Positions 58,001-64,000 of a DNA stretch of 64,000 nucleotides are shown in pieces. The notes under the pieces are model-generated. The model did no database searches. It was not told where the DNA came from and saw only the letters and a program-made list of their open reading frames with translations. This DNA is from Bugula neritina (lineage: Eukaryota > Animalia > Bryozoa), in the NCBI GenBank assembly GCA_964035545.1, contig OZ037773.1, positions 2,819,751 to 2,883,750 of the forward strand, written 5' to 3'. Each line of letters starts with the position of its first letter. The first letter of the stretch is position 1. Position numbers and translations under genes: made by a program.

Positions 58001-61000
58001 TCTTCACAAACTGTTATTGAAAATCGAGAAATACACGTTGGAATAAATGCTGCAACTTCCACAAAGAATGATTCTTACAAACTAAAATCTTCATTAAGCA
58101 CGGCTATACAAGTATCATTATTTTTATCTCAGATGTTTTAATAAATTTATTGTTTCTGTTAAAGAAAATATGCGTTAAAATAAGCATACTAGAATTGGCA
58201 TTAAGGAGTAAATTTAGTCGCCAGGAAGTTATACTTTACCCATGTCAGAAGAATCACACAAGAACAATCAAAGCAAAACTCACAGTATTATTTAAACATC
58301 AAACAATTTACCAGAAGAGCTCATTTCTAGAATCATCTTCTCTTTAGTGCTCTGTCTAAGGGCGGTGCTAATATCTAGATGGTTCTGAACAGTGAGGTCT
58401 CTAGTCCGGTTGGTAATGGAGTCAGAGAGAGCTAAAGTCTTCTTTGTCAACTTCTCTATCTCCTGCTCTTTGGCAGACACTATCTACTCAAAAAGTCATC
58501 AATAATTTATGTATAACTCATCACAATATAAACAAATGTCAGGCGGCAATTTTGCTTACAAGCGCTGATTCTATCTTTGTGATAATAGCTAAAAGTAAAA
58601 GCTTTATTTTATAAAACTAGAAGCAGTAGCTATGGCCTGGTGGTGGGTCATGGGTTCAAGTTCAAGTCATGGGTTCAAGTTGCTGATGTTAGAAAGGGCA
58701 GCCAATCGTAATTGTCTCTGTGCCACAATAACAACGCTCAAACCTTGTTGCGCGCATTGTATGGGCGCAATCTCTAGTCCCCTCAAAAACCTTGTTATCA
58801 GGGGTTCTCAGAGGGAAGGATACTTTAAACTAACAACTATTCAACATAACATGATCTGATTTTAACGAAAATAAATTATAACCTACATAAGTAAAATGCC
58901 TGAAGTTTTATCAGTGACAAAGAATCAAGCTAAGTATGATTTGTAACCTAAATGACTGCATGACTCATACAGCCCAAACTGTGTGAGTCATAATTATAGT
59001 CAATATTTCAAAACTAATTAAAATACAAGTAAAAATTATGCCTTACCTTATTATGCTCCGCAAAGTTTTTAGCCCTCTGCCTGGCAAACAGCTTCTTGGC
59101 GTGTTCAAGTGAGTCGCCAGTATCAGTGGCTTCACTCGTTTTTCGACTGTTCACTTGCAACTGTTTATTCTTCTCTCCAGCAGACTAGTAACAATATAGT
59201 GTAACTATCAGTGATACTACTATCAGTAAGAGTCAATACTCATAGTAGTACTAGTTAATAGTACCAGTGAGTAATAGCACTACTTCTAACTGTTACTATG
59301 TAGGGGTCAACAGTACCGGTGAGTACTAACACTACTCTGAATGGTGGTACCAGTTAAGAGCAGTTATAGTACCAGCACTATAATCAAAAACAAAGCCAAA
59401 CACTTTGTACAAACGTGTTTAGAAAAACAACAGAATTGATAATGCAAGTTTTGAGAGAAATGGATCCAAAATTTGAACCAATCTTACATTAAAGAAATTC
59501 GAGCTCAACCAAAATAACTGTTTGCCTTTGAATTGACGTCTGAAAAGATGTAGAACTCAAACATAGCTTCAAACACAACTTGGAATAAAATGTAGGCTGA
59601 GAAAAATGAAAAAAATGAACAATAAATTTATAAAGAAAAATTTCTTTCAGCAAAGCTTTGTTACCTTAACATTATTAGCAAGTTCAGCATTTCTCCTCTT
59701 CAACTTAGCACACTGTTCTTCAAGCTCTTTATTGTTAGCCTCAGCTTTCTTCAGCATAGTATTCTCCTCCTTGAGGGCGTCAGACCTTTTTTCTAACCTA
59801 TCAACACCAACGCAGTAGAGTTATGGCAAACCAAAATTATTCAACAAAATTAAAAATCCCGGGTGACACTATTGAACAAATAATACATAAGCAAAGATTT
59901 TTATCAACTAGTGCAGCAAGTTTTAATTTGACGAGTTTTTTTCGCACATTCAGTTTATTTTTATTCTATACTTTCTCCTCAACTATTCCACAAACAAAAA
60001 TAAGTCTAGACTATTGCTGTCATAATATACCCAACACTCATAGTTTTGCTACTATAATGCCACACAGTAAAGGTAAAACATACAAAACAGACTTCATCAA
60101 CTATAATCTAGACAACTAGTTTCCCCAACTCATATACTTTGAATAAAACTGTAATTGCCACATAGCCAGCATATCAGCTAGATTATAGACTTGGGTCCAT
60201 GCATTTCTTAGGAGAACTTTGACGAAGGGGGCTAATGAAAATCAACTACTGGTGCCCGCTTATACAGATTGATTTTACTTAAAAAATATAACAAAACAAG
60301 CTGACACTGTCCTGCGAGTCTACAAGATCAGATCAGCACAGACAAACAGACAGACAGCTGAAATATATCGGGTGATAAAAGAGTAACACAAATCCCTACT
60401 TTGTTTTGCCCAGCAGCTTACTACAAGAGAATGCATGGCTATAGTATAGCAGCAGATTTCATTCGCAACGATACAAATTATTTTACCATGTCCATTTTAG
60501 AATACTAGCTCATACTTTTAGTATTAAAGAATTTCTGACACGCTTCATTTATGCATATATATCTTAGCTATCACTACATTCTACAGACTGTTTAAGGGTT
60601 GCACGCTCAAACAATTCCGTCTTATAATAATAATTATGTGCTCATGCTGATGCAGTCTCCAGTTAGCTCTGGAGTTTGTAGTAATACAAAACAAATACTA
60701 TTTTTTTCTGACTTTCACTGCCTACTCTTAGCTGCTGCAACACAGTTTAATCACTGAGTTGACTTAAAATTTAAACTAAATTAATAAATGAACTGAAAAG
60801 CGCACAAACCTCTTCAGAGCCACAGTGAGCTCCGTGACTTTATGCTGCAGATCTCTTTCCTTCGTCAGACTACCTTGACCTTCTTGCTCTCTCTTCACGC
60901 GACTCAACTTTACCGTCAGGGCGTCGTTTAGCAGCTTTTGCCTTTCAGACTCAAACTCTTCTTGACAAGTTTTTAGTTCCATTACCTTCAGCACCAAAGA

Positions 61001-63095
61001 GTGAAGACGGGTTACAAAACCGTGACAGGAAATTAGCTGTTAGTAGTCATACCATGCGACATTTACAGCGATTCCATTGCTTTGCATTATGCAATGAATT
61101 CTTGATTCAATATTTAAGAACAGTTGCGTCAAATGAAATCACAATCATAAAGTAGGAGGCATTTGAACAGGTCTATCCGACGCAATGGAAACAGTGATTG
61201 TAACAGTCACACACCAACAGCCAGTAGAAACCTTAGCCTCGGTATCAAACTGTCTAAACTATTTCACTGAGAGACTTTATCCCAGAAAAGTTTGCTAAAA
61301 CTGAGACATTTCAAACGTTACCTTGTCCCTATAATCCTGATACTTAGTTTGGTATTTCTGCTGCAGCTCCTGGTTTAAGTTTTTCAGCTGCTTATTTTCC
61401 TTCTGAAGTTTAGACACAGTTTCTTGGTGGGCACTTTCTATGGCTACTTTTATCTCTGTGACTTCACCACTATGTCCTGCAACAATAGCTTGTGTTTTCA
61501 ACTGACACATCTAGAGTGGGAGCTAATAGAATGCCAAGAAAACATAACTCCTACAGTGTATAACACTGGATGTTTCAAAACAGAGGTTTAATTTTATAAA
61601 TACAAATTACACAGTTTAATTAGTACTGGGCATGTTTATATTTCAATTATATATATTTAACATACAAGAGTTTACTAGTATTCGTGAATGCAAGTTACAG
61701 TCTAAAGGAAATTAGTGGAAACTATTTTTTTCATCATTTCAGGTTTATTTGTGTGAGCTCCAGCTTACAAAATAACTTTCTAGTATAAAATTTATTTTGA
61801 AACTACTTTTCTGATTGAGAATACTTTGTCAGAAGAAAGTATATAATAATGCTGAAATCAATAGCTACTATGACCAATTCAATAACTTTGTCTGGACAGT
61901 AAACAGCTTTCATACCTCTCCTTTATTCTCATTTAGGAATTTGAACCAACCCTGTGTAGTCTAACTTACTAATCAACTAAATCAATATTCCAGGTGATCT
62001 AGTAAAAATAACACACCACATAACCTTTGTGTGTCACAAGTCAATAAAACTGCACTCGAAATCTGACTATGGTATGCATTGTATTGTTTAGTATTATTAC
62101 TTGCTTTTGAAAACCTAATCAGCAGCAAATTGCAGACTAAAATATTTTTTTATTGAAGGAATTAAAATAGGCAGTAAACAGAATGAAAAATGAGAAACTT
62201 TACAATCAGCTATAAAGTTGCAAAAAGTCAAGTTCTGGGTTGTATTGCTTGTTTGACAGTCTGAAATTTGGTAGGCAAACCTTGTGCTAACTGATGGAGC
62301 TAGGCTAAACATGACAGTCAGTTACTTGCCCCAGTCATAACTATATCACTTCCTAGTGTAATTACAATTTAAATCAAGATGGAAAATCAGCAAAAATTTA
62401 AAAAGAAGATAACCATGCACTGCCCAGACATTAAACTCATCAAATCAAAACTAACCATGACTACACTACATTCAATATTAGTCATAACTGTCTAGTATTA
62501 GTCAGAACTGTGTAGTATTAGTCATAACTGTCTAGTAGTAGTCATAACTGTCTAGTAGTAGTCATAACTGTGTAGTATAGTCAGAACTGTGTAGTATTAG
62601 TCAGAACTGTCTAGTATTAGTCATAACTGTATAGTATTAGTCATAACTGTGTAGTATTAGTCATAACTGTGTAGTATTAGTCAGAACTGTCTAGTATTAG
62701 TCAGAACTGTCTAGTATTAGTCAGAACTGTCTAGTATTAGTCATAACTGTATAGTATTAGTCATAACTGTGTAGTATTAGTCATAACTGTATAGTATTAG
62801 TCAGAACTGTGTAGTATTAGTCAGAACTGTACAGTATTAGTTAGAACTGTCTAGTATTAGTCATAACTGTGTAGTATTAGTCAGAACTGTCTAGTATTAA
62901 TCAAAACGAATATATTTAATTAAGTTTCCTACCTGAGATCTGCTGCTTGAGAATTTTATTTTCATTTTCTTTTTGTTTCAAAACTCGAGAAATATGAGCC
63001 TCCTTTTCAGAAAAAGCAGTTTGAATTTGAAGCACATCATTCCTAGTTTCCAGTTTTAGTTGATCCATTTCAGCTTCATGCTCTTTCAGCAGTGA
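46075..63095 (-). CDS. RIMBP2: RIM-binding protein family member (RIMBP2/TSPOAP1-like): coiled coil, SH3, FN3 x2, SH3, SH3; 5' end not located
   Basis: Three SH3 domains with family-typical motifs (ALYDYDPAIMSPN...EELSF; GDMDEDGFY...GLVPSNFL) and an FN3 starting PYPRNLTLERQLANGILVGWDAP. N-terminal motif FARQRAKNFAEHNKIVSAKEQEI. Approximate exons: 62933-63095, 61322-61476, 60811-60988, 59665-59797, 59047-59180, 58312-58483, 57744-57922, 57193-57309, 55367-55564, 55026-55179, 54532-54651, 52592-54128, 52119-52267, 51519-51707, 50753-50943, 50021-50185, ~49730-49910, 49494-49548, 49107-49238, 48166-48277, 47381-47560, 46892-47076, 46075-46181 (TGA at 46075-46077). Confidence 0.88.
46260..46462 (+). 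mobile_element. Diverged tRNA-derived SINE copy in the last RIM-BP intron
   Basis: Shares the head, the attggtgatgtcagaaagaag centre and the cctagcc...accctttc...gactata 3' part with 853-1070. Confidence 0.7.
46741..46922. repeat. ~50-bp tandem repeat spanning a RIM-BP exon end and donor site
   Basis: Three copies of actcacctttgactattagtgtgtcccccc plus a partial fourth. Confidence 0.92.
52592..54128 (-). CDS. RIMBP2: Large (~1.5 kb) RIM-BP exon: coiled coil, first SH3 and start of FN3-1
   Basis: Core of ORF 52428..54113, bounded by a tttag acceptor and a gtaagc donor. Confidence 0.88.
54320..54492. repeat. 20-bp tandem repeat acattca[c/g]acacttgtatg[t/c]
   Basis: About eight copies, intronic. 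Confidence 0.95.
56242..57010. mobile_element. Non-autonomous DNA transposon with TTAA TSD (Kolobok-like)
   Basis: ttaa|aggattgctctatctt ... aagattgagcaatcct|ttaa; TIR 15/16 with AG termini. Confidence 0.75.
58621..58835 (+). mobile_element. Diverged tRNA-derived SINE copy
   Basis: gggttcaag box B (duplicated), ctgatgttagaaagggcagcc centre, aaaaacc...atcaggggttctca 3' part. Confidence 0.65.
62476..62899. repeat. 20-bp tandem repeat tagtattagtca[t/g]aactgt[c/g/a]
   Basis: About 21 copies, intronic. Confidence 0.95.
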
Positions 63096-64000
63096 CTAGA
63101 AAAGAAAGATGTACTGAGGCCGAGGACAAAGAATAGTAGAAAAAACAGGAAGTCACCAGTATTCACAAAAAAATCTTTATAGGGCGTCCATCGAAATGTA
63201 TTGTGATCATTTGACCATGACTCAAGGTCATCTAAGTTCTTGCCCAATCGGCCATGCTTATGTAGTAACTTTTTAGACTGTTAATTAATGTGAAGGAAGT
63301 TTTCAATTGATCAATCCCCGCCCCAGTCAACTACTGTCTTTCCAGACATCCAAGTCACTGCGGAGCTAATCATAGCTTCTTTCAATAAAGAAAGGCAATG
63401 TGGGATTGACTGCTAGCTATGTCTCCGCATGGAAAGAAATTGTACTGGAAAGAGATTGTACTGTAAGTGAAGTGGAAAATATTACAAGCAACTTAGAATT
63501 TAGAGTTTAGATGAATCGTAAGTCAGTGAAATGTGCATTTGCTATTGAGTGCATGACGTGGTTGACTGGGAGTACATGCAAGGTAATTAAAGTCAAATTA
63601 AAACACTGGGGTGGTTTAAAATTAAGCTAAATACACTTGAATCTGTTGAACATTGTATATGCTTCATCAAAATAAAGGTGCTTTTGCATTAAAAAAACAT
63701 AGCAAAGTAATCTATTATTATAACTAACTTCTACTAACAATAAATACTGGTACTGTAACTTAAGGAAATAGAACTGAAAAGAGACATTATAAATGAAAAT
63801 TATGAAATTAGACAATGTCAGGCATTGCAACGTCAAGTGTTTTGCTCACATTTAAGAGTAAATAGTTGCTTTATCTTTAGCTGGAATATAATTATTCTTC
63901 AGCTTAAACGTATTTGTAAAAACAATTTTAGTATAAAAATAATAATGGGGTTGGAGGTATACAGTATAACATGGCTACTCATCCTTATTCAACAGGATGT

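Overview
AT-rich, intron-containing animal (invertebrate, probably lophotrochozoan; inference) genomic DNA. Most ORF-track entries are exon fragments or repeat artefacts. Four loci were reconstructed by hand. (1) A >30-kb minus-strand gene runs from a signal-peptide exon at 31068 past the left window edge. It encodes a large secreted or surface mucin-like protein with >30 six-cysteine PLAC-like (C..C..C..CCxxC) modules, Thr/Ser/Pro-rich linkers, an RKRR site and a SEA-like domain. It has an array of eight near-identical exons and a triplicated exon pair, with introns full of MITEs, a nested solo-LTR-like element and a 31-bp satellite. (2) A three-exon HYPK gene (35117-36353, minus) that the ORF track misses. 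(3) A solitary replication-dependent histone quartet (H2B<- H2A-> H4<- H3->) with 3' stem-loops and no H1. (4) A multi-exon RIM-binding protein gene (46075 to >63095, minus) with a long coiled coil, three SH3 domains and apparently only two FN3 domains. It also has an insertion in SH3-1 and three tandem in-frame splice donors inside SH3-3. tRNA-derived SINEs, several non-autonomous DNA transposons and minisatellites are also present. The best candidate for an undescribed system is the expanding modular PLAC/mucin/SEA gene. Exon boundaries were read by eye and may be off by a few bases.
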